This document shows, piece by piece, positions 33,959 to 44,029 of a DNA stretch of 64,000 bases. Both the position numbers and the translations under genes were made by a program. The stretch lies in NCBI GenBank assembly GCA_963804525.1, contig CAWDQO010000005.1, positions 738,844 to 802,843 on the forward strand, read 5' to 3'. Each line of letters opens with the position of its first letter. Position 1 is the first letter of the stretch. The notes below the pieces were generated by a model, which saw only the letters and a list, made by a program, of their open reading frames with translations, made no database searches and was not told the DNA's origin. This DNA comes from an uncultured Thermoplasmata archaeon (GTDB lineage: Archaea; Thermoplasmatota; Thermoplasmata; Lutacidiplasmatales; UBA184).

Positions 33959-36184
33959 ATGCAGCGCCGCCGGGCAACCGAGGCCCCAGTGAGTCGAACG
34001 AGGGACGAGCCGTCGCGAGGCGATCGCCGCGGCCGTGGATGGGCCGCGCTCTTGGCCGTCGTCGCCGTGGGGGTGCTGATCGGGCTTCCCGCCATCGCTC
34101 TCGGAGGGGTTCCTCCCGCTCCATCGCACGGGCCACTCCCCGCCGCACACGCTCCCCTTGGTTCTCACTCGGCGAACCGGTCGGGGGGAGGGTCTGGGAA
34201 CGGCTCGGGCGGATCGGGTAACGGCTCTGGCGGGGGCTCCGGGAACGGCTCCGGAAGCAGCTCCGGCAACGGTTCCGGCTCTGGGTCTGACAACGGCTCG
34301 GGTGGGGGTTCCGGAAATGGCTCCGGCTCGGGCAACGGGTCGGGGAACGGATCAGGTTCCGGGAACGGTTCGGGGTCCGGCGGGAACCGGACCGGCGGGA
34401 ACGGAACGACGGGAAACCTCAGTGGCGGGTCGAATGTGACCGTACTTTGGCAGAACTCGTCCGGCGGGTCGTTCCAACTCTCCGCATGGAACTACTACCT
34501 ACGATTCTCCGCGGTGGCGTCGGTTCGTGATGGGATCAACGCCGCGAATCTCACGATTACCGGGACGGCGTACTGGCCGGCCTCCCCCGCCGTGGTCGCG
34601 ATCCAGTTCGTGAACCTCTTCACCTGGAATCAGACGATGAATGGATCCCGGGTCGGCTACGGATCGTTCTCCGCGTCGTACGTCTACACCCAGTCGGGAC
34701 GGTACAACCTCGTGATCGAGCTGAGCGACCCGACCGCCTCCACGTTCGTCCAGACCTGGCTCCCGGTGACGCTTACCTCGGGATCCGGAACCGGGGGCGG
34801 TTCCGGCAGCGGGGGCGGGAGCGGTTCCAACTCCTCCGGCGCAGGGTCCAGCGTGGTTCTCGAACCGAACTCGACTTCGAACTACATCGAGTACGACCTC
34901 ACCGCGTGGAACGGCTCGCTCACGGTCACGGCCGACGCGGCCCTCACGACCAGCAACAACTCCGCGTACCTCAACGTCAACGGCTACGCGTGGTGGCCCA
35001 CGTCCCCCGTCCGGGTGGTCGTCCTCTTTGGCGACGGTAATGGATGGAACGGGACGTACACGGGCTCGAACTCCAGTCAGGGCGCCGGAGGCTTCTTCGC
35101 GAGTGACACGTACACGACGGCCGGGTGGTACACCGTCGCCATCCGAATCTACGACGCGAACTCCTCCGCCGGCGTGCAGAACGCGTTCGAGGTCGTCTTC
35201 CCGGGAACCTCCGGAAACGGCTCGAGGGGCAACGCATCGGCCGGGAGCTCGGTGACCTCGTGGTTGAACACCTCGAATGCGCTCGGGTATGACCTCCAGG
35301 CGTGGAACGGGACGTTCCGGTTGAACGCGTTCCTCTACATCTGGGAGAACTCGACCGTGATCCTCGCGACGATCTCCAACTTCACCCTCACGGGCGGCGC
35401 GTACCCCTTCGTGAACTACACGATCGCGTACGGAGACGGCAGCTTTGGTTTCGGATTCAATCCTGAGAATATGAGCGCGCAAACCGTCGGGACCGCGTCG
35501 TACGCCGCTCCCGGGAACTACACGCTGTCGATCACCGCGGCGAATCTCGGGATCAACGTGAGCGGAGCGACCCTCGGCGTCTCGGTTCCGCTGGACCTCG
35601 CCTATGGCCCGAGCACGAACCCCCCGGCCCCCTACCCATCGTCGGTGACCGTTTGGGTCGGCGCTTCCCCGGTGACGGGGTCGGTTCCGCTCAACACGAC
35701 CCTGTCCGCGTACGTGAGCGGAGGGGCCCCTCCGTTCGTCGTGACCTGGAGTCTGCCGGGGAGCAACATCTCCGGGAACCTGACCGGCCTGATGGTCTCG
35801 GTCTCGTACGCGACTGCGGGCTGGTACCCCGCCACCGCGTTCGTGTACAACACGACGTCTCCCTGGGGGACGGTCCTCGTGGGGTACGGCAGTGTCTGGA
35901 TCTATGTCGCCGGGGTCGGGAACTCGGGCGGGAGCGGGAACGGCAGTGGGTCCGGGAACGGGTCCGGAAACGGCTCCGGGAATGGCTCGGGCCTCACGCC
36001 GATCGTTGGTCACGGTCCGGCGGTGGGTATGGGCCCGACGGCAATGATCGGCGCTCTCCTCATCGCGGCGGCCGTGGCCGGAGCGGTCGTCGGATCGGCG
36101 AGTGGGTTCCTCTTCGGGCGGAGGTTCCCGCCGCGCGCGAGCGCCGGAGCTCCGTCCGGGCCGGACAGAACGGGTCCGGACTGA
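33959..36184 (+). CDS. Large surface glycoprotein with repeated Ig/PKD-like modules and GNGS arrays, N- and C-terminal TM helices
   Basis: Tail of ORF 32927..36184(+), from ATG 33959. [23 protein letters not shown]; a repeated module ending in W.P.SPV..V..F and YT.[AS]G.Y.[LV].I; PKD-like [14 protein letters not shown]...[15 protein letters not shown]; C-terminal [20 protein letters not shown]. Confidence 0.75.
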   Translation: MQRRRATEAPVSRTRDEPSRGDRRGRGWAALLAVVAVGVLIGLPAIALGGVPPAPSHGPLPAAHAPLGSHSANRSGGGSGNGSGGSGNGSGGGSGNGSGSSSGNGSGSGSDNGSGGGSGNGSGSGNGSGNGSGSGNGSGSGGNRTGGNGTTGNLSGGSNVTVLWQNSSGGSFQLSAWNYYLRFSAVASVRDGINAANLTITGTAYWPASPAVVAIQFVNLFTWNQTMNGSRVGYGSFSASYVYTQSGRYNLVIELSDPTASTFVQTWLPVTLTSGSGTGGGSGSGGGSGSNSSGAGSSVVLEPNSTSNYIEYDLTAWNGSLTVTADAALTTSNNSAYLNVNGYAWWPTSPVRVVVLFGDGNGWNGTYTGSNSSQGAGGFFASDTYTTAGWYTVAIRIYDANSSAGVQNAFEVVFPGTSGNGSRGNASAGSSVTSWLNTSNALGYDLQAWNGTFRLNAFLYIWENSTVILATISNFTLTGGAYPFVNYTIAYGDGSFGFGFNPENMSAQTVGTASYAAPGNYTLSITAANLGINVSGATLGVSVPLDLAYGPSTNPPAPYPSSVTVWVGASPVTGSVPLNTTLSAYVSGGAPPFVVTWSLPGSNISGNLTGLMVSVSYATAGWYPATAFVYNTTSPWGTVLVGYGSVWIYVAGVGNSGGSGNGSGSGNGSGNGSGNGSGLTPIVGHGPAVGMGPTAMIGALLIAAAVAGAVVGSASGFLFGRRFPPRASAGAPSGPDRTGPD
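34181..34432 (+). repeat. In-frame (G/S)-N-G-S tandem array (about 84 codons)
   Basis: [79 protein letters not shown], encoded by degenerate ggc-tcc-ggg-aac units. Confidence 0.85.
35917..35993 (+). repeat. Second in-frame GNGS array
   Basis: [27 protein letters not shown], immediately before the C-terminal TM helix. Confidence 0.8.
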
Positions 36185-36194
36185 GGCGCGCCGA

Positions 36195-37170
36195 ATGAGT
36201 TCGGCAGAGGGCGAACCCCCGAACCCGGGAGGCGCTCCGGGCAGCACCCGGAGGGACACCCGCTGCCCGGACCCCCGCCGTTGGGTGGTGCCAGGGGTGC
36301 TGGTCCTCGCGGTCGTCCTTTCGGTCAGCGGGCTCGCGGCCGCCCCGGTCACCGACCGCGCGGGACCGACGCCGGTGTCAGGGGCCCTTCTCCGAGTCGC
36401 CGACACCCCGATCCTCACCCTGGTCCCGTCGCCAGCCTCGGGGAACGCGCCCCTGCTTGTCAACGTGAGCGTCACGGTCTCGGGCGGCGAGGCGCCGTAC
36501 AACCTGTCGCTGTGCTTCGGCACCGTGGACCACGAGAGTTCGTCCCCGGACTGCGGGACCGGCGCCGCGGGCTGGAACGGCTCGACGGCGCTCTATTTCC
36601 AGCATCTCTACGAAACCCCCGGAAACTTCAGCGTCACCGGGGTCGCGACCGACCACGACGGTGCCGGCGTGGGGTCGACGGCCCTCATCGTCGTGACGGA
36701 CCGCTCTGCGCTGAATGCGACGGTTGAAGAGCGCACGACCTCGGGCCCGGCCCCTCTCTCGGTCACGTTTGATGAGAGCGTGGCCGGCGGCACTGCACCC
36801 ATCACGCTCCAGTGGTCGTTCGGGGACGGGACGGTCGGCTCGGAGCTACCGGGGGTCCCGGTGGTCCACGTATACGAGTCCGCGGGGACGTTCACGCCGA
36901 CGCTTACGGTCACGGACGGAGCCGGTCACCGGACCGTCCGAACTCTCGCGCCGGTCACGGTCTCGGTCACGAGCGGCTCCGGCCGCCGGGCCGGGTGCGC
37001 TGGGGGGTCCGACCTGGCTCGCGGTCGGGGCAACGTTCGCAGGCACGGCGCTCGCGGTCGGCGTCCTCGTCCGCCTCCTCCAACGCCGCCGCTGGCGGAA
37101 GGAGGGGAACGCTCTGCTCGCCGAACTCGGACGGGACCCCGTCGGACGGCCGCCACCGATGGGACCGTGA
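36195..37170 (+). CDS. PKD-domain membrane protein, frame-interrupted near 36985
   Basis: Frame of ORF 36102..38471(+), from ATG 36195. VVPGVLVLAVVLSVSGLAA; two PKD-like units (SGNAPLLVNVSVTVSGGEAPY; SGPAPLSVTFDESVAGGTAPITLQWSFGDG...YESAGTFTPTLTVTDGAG). The TM anchor and tail GPTWLAVGATFAGTALAVGVLVRLLQRRRW...MGP* are in ORF 36715..37170. Confidence 0.7.
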
Positions 37171-38471
37171 GCCGGCCCCGAAACCGTCCTCGCCACCGAC
37201 GATGGCTGCCGGTCCCGGCCGGCGTGGCCGCCGCGCTCCTGGCGATCGGGAGCATGCTTGGGAGCGTGCTCCCGCTCGTCGGTGCGGCGGGAGGGCACCC
37301 GATGCCCACCTCGTGTGGATACACCGTGGACGTGACCGCGACCCCTTCGACCGGGAGTGCTCCCCTCCTCGTCCGCCTGAGCGCGACCGTATCCGGGGGA
37401 ATCCCGACGGCGTACGATTGGGCGTTCGGCGATGGAAGCTACTGGAACAGTTCGCAGGCTGGGGCGGAGAGTCCGTTGCATCGCTACGCGACCCCGGGAG
37501 CGTACAACGTGAGCGTCCTCGTCATCGAACCGTCGTGCGAGGTCACGGGAGGGGTCACGCTCGTCGCGACCCCCAGCCCCCTGACGATCGCCCTGAGCGC
37601 GACGCCCACCTCCGGCGTGGCACCGCTGACGGTAGAGTTCGTGGCGACGGTGGCCGGCGGGAGCGGGACGTATGCCAGCGTCTTCTGGTCGTTCGGGGAC
37701 GGGGGGGTCGGCGCGGGAGTCGCGGTCAACTACACGTACGTCCGGACCGGGACCTACACCGTCTCGGTGAACGTCACCGACTCCGAGGGACACTGGGCCA
37801 CCGCCCACGAGACGATTGGTGTCCAGGACGGATCGACGGCGCCGAGTGCGGGGTTCGGAGGGGCCGACGATCTTGTGCTGACCGTCGCGGCCGGGGCGGC
37901 GCTCGCCTTCTTGGCGGTTGGCCTCGCTTGGCGCATCGCCGTCCGGGCTCGAGAGAGGGCAGGGACGACCCCAATCCGTACGGCCGCGGGGGAAGCCGGC
38001 GGGTCATCTTCGGGAGAGCCGAGCCGACCGTCCGGCCCATCCGGCGCGTCACCGGCGTTGGCGGGAGCGGCGGGCCCCGCGGTGCCCGCTTCGAGAGCGA
38101 CGGGAAACAGCCCGCAGGCGGATCCGCGCGTCGTTCCCGACCCGCGGGGCCTCCAGTTGACCCAGCGTGTGATCCTGCATATCGGGGCCCAGGGCCGCTT
38201 GTCCCCGGACGATGTCGCCCCGCCCGGGCTCACCCAAGCCGGGATTGCGGACGCCCTCGGGACCGGGCAGAACTCGGTCACGAACGTCCTCCGGAGGCTC
38301 GTCGCGGCGGGTGTGGTCGTCCACGATGTCCGGCACGTCTCGGGACAGCCCCGACGGCTCCGAGTCTACCGGTTCACGGATCGAGGCGAGTCGGTCTACC
38401 GCGATCTTTGGAACCGGTCGAACGCACGGGGGGAGGAGCAGGCGGGGCCCCCTGGCGGAACCTCTCCGTAG
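37167..38471 (+). CDS. Two-pass membrane protein: extracytoplasmic PKD domains + cytoplasmic winged-helix DNA-binding domain
   Basis: Frame of ORF 36102..38471(+), from GTG 37167 (GTGA overlap with the upstream stop). RHRRWLPVPAGVAAALLAIGSMLGSVLPLVG; PKD units (STGSAPLLVRLSATVSGGIPTAYDWAFGDG; TSGVAPLTVEFVATVAGGSGTYASVFWSFGDG...TGTYTVSVNVTDSEG); TM helix LVLTVAAGAALAFLAVGLAW; then LTQRVILHIGAQGRLS...LTQAGIADALGTGQNSVTNVLRRLVAAGVVVHDVRHVSGQPRRLRVYRFTDRG. Confidence 0.75.
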   Translation: MSRPRNRPRHRRWLPVPAGVAAALLAIGSMLGSVLPLVGAAGGHPMPTSCGYTVDVTATPSTGSAPLLVRLSATVSGGIPTAYDWAFGDGSYWNSSQAGAESPLHRYATPGAYNVSVLVIEPSCEVTGGVTLVATPSPLTIALSATPTSGVAPLTVEFVATVAGGSGTYASVFWSFGDGGVGAGVAVNYTYVRTGTYTVSVNVTDSEGHWATAHETIGVQDGSTAPSAGFGGADDLVLTVAAGAALAFLAVGLAWRIAVRARERAGTTPIRTAAGEAGGSSSGEPSRPSGPSGASPALAGAAGPAVPASRATGNSPQADPRVVPDPRGLQLTQRVILHIGAQGRLSPDDVAPPGLTQAGIADALGTGQNSVTNVLRRLVAAGVVVHDVRHVSGQPRRLRVYRFTDRGESVYRDLWNRSNARGEEQAGPPGGTSP

Positions 38472-38724
38472 GAACGCGGACTCCCCCGGTGACGCGAATT
38501 CTTCGGGTTCCATTGGGTCGGGTCGACCACCCACCGAGTGACGGCTCTGCTTCCGCGATGGGCCCACTCAGCCTGGACCCATCACATCCGCCGGCCCACA
38601 GGCACGTGGGCTCGCCAACGGCAGAAGCGATGGTGCTGCATCGCGCGCTCGTTGCGGGCACCCGTCATTGGACGCGCGCGCGATTCTTAAGGGCCTTCGC
38701 CATCGGGCCGGTCCAGGGGCGCGG

Positions 38725-39186
38725 ATGGCCGAAGGGAGCCCAGCGCAGTCGCAACGGTTCGTCGTGGGCTGGGGGGACCTCGATGGCAACAATCACATGG
38801 GCAACACCGCCATCCTGGACCGTGCCGCGGACACCCGGTTCCTGTACTTCGCTTTCCATGGCTTTCCGGGGCAGCGGTTCGCGGCCGAGAGAGTTGGACC
38901 GGTGATCGTTCGGGATGAGCTGGTCTACCGAAAGGAACTCAGGCTCCTCGACCAGTTCACGGTGGACCTCAAGGTCGTCGGTCTCTCGAAGGATGGGGTA
39001 CGGTTCACTCTGGAGAACACGTTCCGCGACGTCAACGGCGAAGTCACCGCAATTGTGAACTCCGAGGGTGTCTGGTTCGACTTGGATCGGCGGAAGCCCC
39101 GTTCCCCGCCGCCCGAGCTCGACGCCGTCCAGCGGGAGATGCCGCGAGCGGAGCGGTTCCGAGAGATCCCCGCGCGGAGTCGCTGA
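38725..39186 (+). CDS. Hotdog-fold acyl-CoA thioesterase (4HBT/YbgC-like)
   Basis: ORF 38668..39186(+), probable ATG at 38725. FVVGWGDLDGNNHMGNTAILDRAADTRFLYF...VIVRDELVYRKELRLLDQFTVDLKVVG. Confidence 0.75.
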   Translation: MAEGSPAQSQRFVVGWGDLDGNNHMGNTAILDRAADTRFLYFAFHGFPGQRFAAERVGPVIVRDELVYRKELRLLDQFTVDLKVVGLSKDGVRFTLENTFRDVNGEVTAIVNSEGVWFDLDRRKPRSPPPELDAVQREMPRAERFREIPARSR

Positions 39187-39282
39187 CCGCCGTTGCCGGC
39201 CCTGGTACCTCCCGCGAAGCTCATCGACGGCGCTCGCCGCCGATAAGGCTCGCGCGGGATAGGGGAGGCACGGACCCCGGGA

Positions 39283-39420
39283 ATGACCGAACCGAACTCC
39301 GCGACGATGTGCCCGACTTGCCAAACCGTCGTGTCGACCGAGCCGGGATGGCGGCTGGTGCAATGCCCGAATTGCGGGGCGATCATCTCGCGAATGGCCG
39401 AAGACGGCTCGTTCGACTGA
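39283..39420 (+). CDS. Small Zn-ribbon protein (45 aa), below the ORF-track cutoff
   Basis: My translation: MTEPNSATMCPTCQTVVSTEPGWRLVQCPNCGAIISRMAEDGSFD*. Preceded by GGGGAGG and GATAAGG. Confidence 0.4.
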   Translation: MTEPNSATMCPTCQTVVSTEPGWRLVQCPNCGAIISRMAEDGSFD

Positions 39421-39554
39421 TCCACGTCCCTGCGGCCCGGCCTCGCGCGTTGGTCTCGGTGATGCCATCGAGCGCGTGGTCCTCACATGAAGCAAGCGCG
39501 GTCTCGGACCCCGCTCGGAACGCCCGGCCCGAGGCTTCTGAGAAATGCCCAGAT

Positions 39555-39932
39555 TCAGCTCTTGTGAACGTCCTCGACATCGTGGCCGTCAGGATCGAGA
39601 ACCCATGTCGCATAGTAGCCCAGATCGTATGCGAGCCGAGCACGGGGTGCTTCCTTGCTCCTGCCTCCCGCCTTCAGAGCCGCCTTGCAGAACGCATCTA
39701 CGTCAGCGTGGCTTTTCGCGACAAGTCCAACGTCGACCGCTTCCGGATCGGGCGTGCCTTCCCTGAGCCAAAGGAAGGCTCTCGTGCCGTCGCCGAAACC
39801 CTTCAAATCCGGGTGTCCTTCGTGGCCCTCGTAATCCACAAAGTTGGAGATCGCGAGCGGTTCCAGGGCCTTGGAATAGAAGGCAACGGAGCGCTCGAAC
39901 TCACGGACTGTGAGGATCACGTGATCGATCAT
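39555..39932 (-). CDS. VOC-family (glyoxalase/bleomycin-resistance fold) protein
   Basis: ORF 39555..40004(-), probable start at M25 (39932). MIDHVILTVREFERSVAFYSKAL...YYATWVLDPDGHDVE. Confidence 0.8.
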   Translation of the reverse strand: MIDHVILTVREFERSVAFYSKALEPLAISNFVDYEGHEGHPDLKGFGDGTRAFLWLREGTPDPEAVDVGLVAKSHADVDAFCKAALKAGGRSKEAPRARLAYDLGYYATWVLDPDGHDVEDVHKS

Positions 39933-40162
39933 TGCCTTCCCAGTCTCCGCCCGGCCGTCCGCCTCCGACGGGTACTCCTCGCCCAACACCTCGAATTCGT
40001 ACATGAATCTGAACCGGTGGCCCCCGCTCTTCTTCCGGTCCCGTCATCGAACCCGCGCTCCCTTCTTGAAGCTCACGCCGAGTCGGTGCAGTCGCGGAAT
40101 GCTCACCCCGACCAACTCGCGAGCCTGCTTCCCAAGGTCCCCGATCGCGGCCTCCGCCACCG

Positions 40163-40996
40163 ATGGCTCGACAGGCTCGAACTGCCTGCTCGCTTCGGTC
40201 CCCCGTGACCGATTCGGCGCCGAATTCCAGCCCGAAGCCGGGCTCTCCTCGGTCCCGCGAAGAGGGGGCTCTCCTCCTCCTCCTCGACATTGGGGCTGCG
40301 CTGCTCCTTGCGTCCCTCTTCGTCGGATGGTATCAGGTCCATGAAGTCAATCGGTTCGGCTGCTCCGGGATCACCGAGTCGTTTTCACCGTTCTGGGTGA
40401 CCGTCACGACAAGCGGCTCGGATTGTCCTCCCTCTGGGGCCGGCACCTTGCAATCCGCCGGGCTTCCCCAGACCGGAGCGCTCTACGCCGCCGCGGGCAT
40501 CCTCACCGCGATTGCCGGGGTGCTTGCGTTGGCGCCGATAGGGCTGAAGGAAGCCGGGCGGCGTTCCCGTCGGGTCTCCATCGCTCTCCTCGCTCTCTCG
40601 GCCCGCGTGCTCGCTATCGGAGCACTCGCTCCAGCCCTCCTCGTGATGGAGCAGACTTCGACGGTTTGCCACGATGAAGGGGTCTCTCAGACGCCGTTCG
40701 AGGTCCCTCTCGGAGGGCCGTCGCCTGGGGCGGTGAACATCTACCTTAACCAGAGTCCGCCCGCCCCCCCGGACCTCCGTAACGACTGGTCGTTCTGGAC
40801 GGGGAGCAGCCCCGGCTCGACTTGGCCGGTCTGGTTTGGCGCTTCCGGACCGTGGAATTCCTTTGCCGGGACAAACTCGTCGGCCGGTGCTGCCTTGGCT
40901 TGGGGCCCAGGATTCGGATTGGCGATCGATCTCGGGGGCCTCGCTCTTCTCGCCGCAGGCCCCGTCCTTGTCTGGAAGCTGAAGCCGCCGAGCTGA
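40163..40996 (+). CDS. Hypothetical membrane protein
   Basis: ORF 40163..40996(+). Hydrophobic helices: LLLLLDIGAALLLASLFVGW, ALYAAAGILTAIAGVLALAPI, IALLALSARVLAIGALAPALLV and LAIDLGGLALLAAGPVLVW. The start is uncertain. Confidence 0.6.
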   Translation: MARQARTACSLRSPVTDSAPNSSPKPGSPRSREEGALLLLLDIGAALLLASLFVGWYQVHEVNRFGCSGITESFSPFWVTVTTSGSDCPPSGAGTLQSAGLPQTGALYAAAGILTAIAGVLALAPIGLKEAGRRSRRVSIALLALSARVLAIGALAPALLVMEQTSTVCHDEGVSQTPFEVPLGGPSPGAVNIYLNQSPPAPPDLRNDWSFWTGSSPGSTWPVWFGASGPWNSFAGTNSSAGAALAWGPGFGLAIDLGGLALLAAGPVLVWKLKPPS

Positions 40997-41157
40997 GTCA
41001 CGGCGAGGCGCCCGATCCATCGCCACGCTCCTCGGGATCACGCGTTCTCGGCCACACGTTCCACTTCGTGAGGCTCGCCCGTCCGCGATTCTCCGGGGTT
41101 CCGCATCGTTCGGAGAGTACGGCGATTCGGCCCATCGGATCGAGGTTGCGGGAGTGG

Positions 41158-41601
41158 TCAGTTGATGTCGAACTCGTTGCCTTCCGGGTCCAGCATCGCC
41201 ACGGCGTAGTGATCGACTCCTTCCTCGAACAGCTCGCGGAGCCGCGTCGCACCCAGACCGGACAGTCTCCCCGCCTCGGCCTCCACCCGCTGTCGCCGCA
41301 CCGCCAGGGGAGTGCTTCGTCCGCCGCCCGCCGCAATGTCGAAGTGGACCCGGTTCTTGACCGTCTTCGTCTCGTCCACCACTTGAAACCAAATGCCGGG
41401 TCCCGACCCGGAGGGGTCGACGAGGCGGTCGGGCCCGGCGCCCAACTCGTCCTCGGGGACCCCGACATCTCTCCAGTAGTCGTCCCAGTTCGCAAACCCC
41501 GCGGGGGGCGGTGCGATCTCGTATCCAAGTGCGGCGGCCCAGAATCGCGCCATGCGGGCGGGGTCCTTGCAGTCAATGACGACTTGGAACTCGAACGACA
41601 T
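41158..41601 (-). CDS. VOC/glyoxalase-like domain protein
   Basis: ORF 41158..41601(-). MSFEFQVVIDCKDPARMARFWAAALGYE...RVHFDI...HYAVAMLDPEGNEF. Confidence 0.8.
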   Translation of the reverse strand: MSFEFQVVIDCKDPARMARFWAAALGYEIAPPPAGFANWDDYWRDVGVPEDELGAGPDRLVDPSGSGPGIWFQVVDETKTVKNRVHFDIAAGGGRSTPLAVRRQRVEAEAGRLSGLGATRLRELFEEGVDHYAVAMLDPEGNEFDIN

Positions 41602-41700
41602 CGTTCGCTCCTCCCATCGGCCACGTGGTCAATCGTCCGCGCTCCTCGCGGTCCCGTGAACGGCCGTGCGGTCGGGTCATCCGATTTGCCCTCAGAGATC

Positions 41701-42573
41701 CTAGGCGGCGAGGAGTCCGAATTCCCTCAGCATCTTCCGGGCGGTCTCCTCGATTTCTGGAACGGGAGGGAACAGTTCTCCCTGGACCCGCGTATCGGCG
41801 ACATACTTGCCCGTGGCGAAGTACTCGGCCATGGCCGTCATGTCCGCCGACCCCTGGGGCATGGGCTGGACCTGGAGCTTCCGACCCATCATGCGCCCCA
41901 GGAGTTCCGCCAGCTCGGGGCTGGACAGCGGACGGTCGGAGCCGAGATCGATCTTCTTCCCAATGGCCCGGGGTTCATCGACGGAGAGCGCTAGGGCCCG
42001 TGCGACTTCGTCGGGATCAATGAAGGTGATTCGCACGTCCGGAGGGGTCATGCCCATCACGCCGCCGTACTCAAGTCCCCTCTTCATCCAAGGGCCACCC
42101 AGAAAGGCACCCGGCCGGAGAGAGACGAACGGCACCCCCTGCTCTCGGAGGTGGTCCTCCGTGAGCTTCTTGGGCCAGAAATGCGGCACACTTTCCGCCT
42201 GGTCGCAGGTCAGGATGCTCTGAAACACGAATCGGGGGACATCGCACTTCCGCGCCGCATCCACGAGGTTCCGGTTCCCCTCGGTATCGGTCCTGAGCGA
42301 GTCGGTTTCCCGGCGGCGCGAATAGCCGATGGCAGTCGACACGACGGCTGAGACCCCGACCATGGCAGGACCGAGTGATGCAGGCTCCAACATGTCGCCG
42401 CGCACCACCCCGACACCTTGAGCCACCAGTCCCGATGGATCGCTCCCGGGTCGGACGAGGGCCCTGACCTTCTTTCCGCGCGCCAAAAGCGCCCGCACCG
42501 CACGGCCACCGAGATCCCCGGTTCCACCGACGACCAGAATCGGCCCGCCTACCGGGGAGACCTTTGCACTCAC
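41701..42573 (-). CDS. NmrA-like / atypical SDR NAD(P)-binding protein
   Basis: ORF 41701..42717(-), probable GTG at 42573. ILVVGGTGDLGGRAVRALLARGKKVRALVR...GNRNLVDAARKCDVPRFVFQS. Confidence 0.8.
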   Translation of the reverse strand: MSAKVSPVGGPILVVGGTGDLGGRAVRALLARGKKVRALVRPGSDPSGLVAQGVGVVRGDMLEPASLGPAMVGVSAVVSTAIGYSRRRETDSLRTDTEGNRNLVDAARKCDVPRFVFQSILTCDQAESVPHFWPKKLTEDHLREQGVPFVSLRPGAFLGGPWMKRGLEYGGVMGMTPPDVRITFIDPDEVARALALSVDEPRAIGKKIDLGSDRPLSSPELAELLGRMMGRKLQVQPMPQGSADMTAMAEYFATGKYVADTRVQGELFPPVPEIEETARKMLREFGLLAA

Positions 42574-42726
42574 GACGAGCGGACTCGGTCCGTGGGTATA
42601 TCGATTCGTACACGGAGATTCGCGTCGCGGCGGCCCTGCCTCGCCGTACCGGCCCGGGTCCGTCGGGGGGCTCCGGTTATCGACCTCCGCATGCGGTGGT
42701 CCCCCATCTGGTCGCACCGCGAGCTC

Positions 42727-42752
42727 CTCGCGGTCATGTCATCGGCCGCGCG
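42727..42752 (+). repeat. Intergenic repeat copy 1: CTCGCG-N7-CATCGGCCGCGCG
   Basis: Exact 13-mer CATCGGCCGCGCG at 42740-42752, with CTCGCG at 42727-42732. The same 13-mer recurs at 44017-44029 and 45448-45460. Confidence 0.7.
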
Positions 42753-42826
42753 CGTCCTTCGTGGAGCCTGCGCGGTGGCAGTGCTCCTCCCTTTCGGTCA
42801 CCAATCTCGCGGAGTCCGGTTCAACC

Positions 42827-43366
42827 CTACACCGGGGGCTGGCCGGGTGGACCGGAACCGCGTCCCGGAATCAATGGGGTGAGTTGCTCGATGTCGTGAC
42901 GAGCGCGGAGGGTCTGGATGGCAGCCTGGTCGGGTGGCCCTCCCTTTCCGAGTAACTCGCCGAGCTCAGCCTGGTAGAGCTCGTGACCGGACGGGCTGGC
43001 TAGAAAGAGCATTCGAGCTGTGGCGGTCCCGGGGTTGGTGAAGGCGTGCGGGCATCCCGCCGGAACGAACATGGCGCTTCCCGGGCCCCCTCGAACCGCT
43101 TTGGCTCCTGTCTTCGATTCCCAGCTACGCCAGTCGGCCTTCGTGCGAATGCGTGGCTCGAACGCGAGCAATTCAAGTTCGCCATCAAGAATGTAGAAAA
43201 GTTCCTCGGCTTCTCGGTGGACGTGGGCCCCCACGTCGAACCCGGGCGGAACCTCGACCTCGAAGACCGACCACCTCTTCGACCGATCTGCGCCGAACTT
43301 GAGCGTCATACCTGGAGTTCGAAGCTTTCGCCCCTCGCCCGCCGAGAGCACCAATCCGTCGGTCAT
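42827..43366 (-). CDS. Cupin-domain protein
   Basis: ORF 42827..43366(-). GAHVHREAEELFYILDGELELL...FVPAGCPHAFTN. Confidence 0.8.
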   Translation of the reverse strand: MTDGLVLSAGEGRKLRTPGMTLKFGADRSKRWSVFEVEVPPGFDVGAHVHREAEELFYILDGELELLAFEPRIRTKADWRSWESKTGAKAVRGGPGSAMFVPAGCPHAFTNPGTATARMLFLASPSGHELYQAELGELLGKGGPPDQAAIQTLRARHDIEQLTPLIPGRGSGPPGQPPV

Positions 43367-43512
43367 CTTCGTTGTCCCCCTAGCACAGGCGGATCCACGG
43401 AATTGCGGGAGGAGCGAGCCGATACTTTAGGGCGGTGAGCCGGCGCGGTCCCTCGCGCGCTCCTCGCGGTCCGCCATCGACCGCGCGCGTCGCCGATGAA
43501 GCTCGCGCGAAG

Positions 43513-43902
43513 TCAGGCGGGCGCGTACGTCCGTCGCCAGGCTTCGAGACGCTGGCGCTGGTATGGGTTGAGTGCAACGCGGGTCGGGATGCCGAGCCAC
43601 TCCCCGTAGAGGTACGCCTCCACCTCCCGGAGGTGGACGTTCCCCCACGGGTACTTCTTCCGACGGAGGCCGAAGTCAATTTCCAAGCCCGCGGCGGAGA
43701 CCAGAATGTTCCTGGGGCATGGGACCGCGAGGAAGTAGAGCACGTTCGCGGGGAGGGCGATCGCGGTCATCAGGGCGAGCTGAACGACGAAGGAGAGGAG
43801 TACGGAATCTGTCCCGACCGGGACGAGCAGATCCGCCAGGGTGAGGCCCGCTCCGTACGCTGCTGCGAGAAGAACCCAGTCCCCGAGGAACCAGGTGATC
43901 AT
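43513..43902 (-). CDS. Hypothetical membrane protein
   Basis: ORF 43513..43977(-), probable start at M26 (43902). MITWFLGDWVLLAAAYGAGLTLADLLV...LLSFVVQLALMTAIALPANVLYFLAV. Confidence 0.55.
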   Translation of the reverse strand: MITWFLGDWVLLAAAYGAGLTLADLLVPVGTDSVLLSFVVQLALMTAIALPANVLYFLAVPCPRNILVSAAGLEIDFGLRRKKYPWGNVHLREVEAYLYGEWLGIPTRVALNPYQRQRLEAWRRTYAPA

Positions 43903-44001
43903 CGAGTCGCCTCTCAGCCACTCGGTCGGCAATGGCCGTCCTATCACGCCAGGGACACGGCACCCGCCCGAATCCAATCTCGGAGCGAGTGGCTCGCGCT
44001 A

Positions 44002-44029
44002 CTCGCGGTCCCCGGTCATCGGCCGCGCG
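44002..44029 (+). repeat. Intergenic repeat copy 2: CTCGCG-N9-CATCGGCCGCGCG
   Basis: 13-mer at 44017-44029, directly abutting the epimerase stop codon (44030-44032). CTCGCG at 44002-44007. Confidence 0.7.

Noticed and set aside
34181-34432. Tandem repeat that could be mistaken for a CRISPR array or microsatellite
   Set aside because: The units are 6-18 nt, degenerate and without spacers, and they stay in frame inside a long ORF, encoding GNGS sequons.
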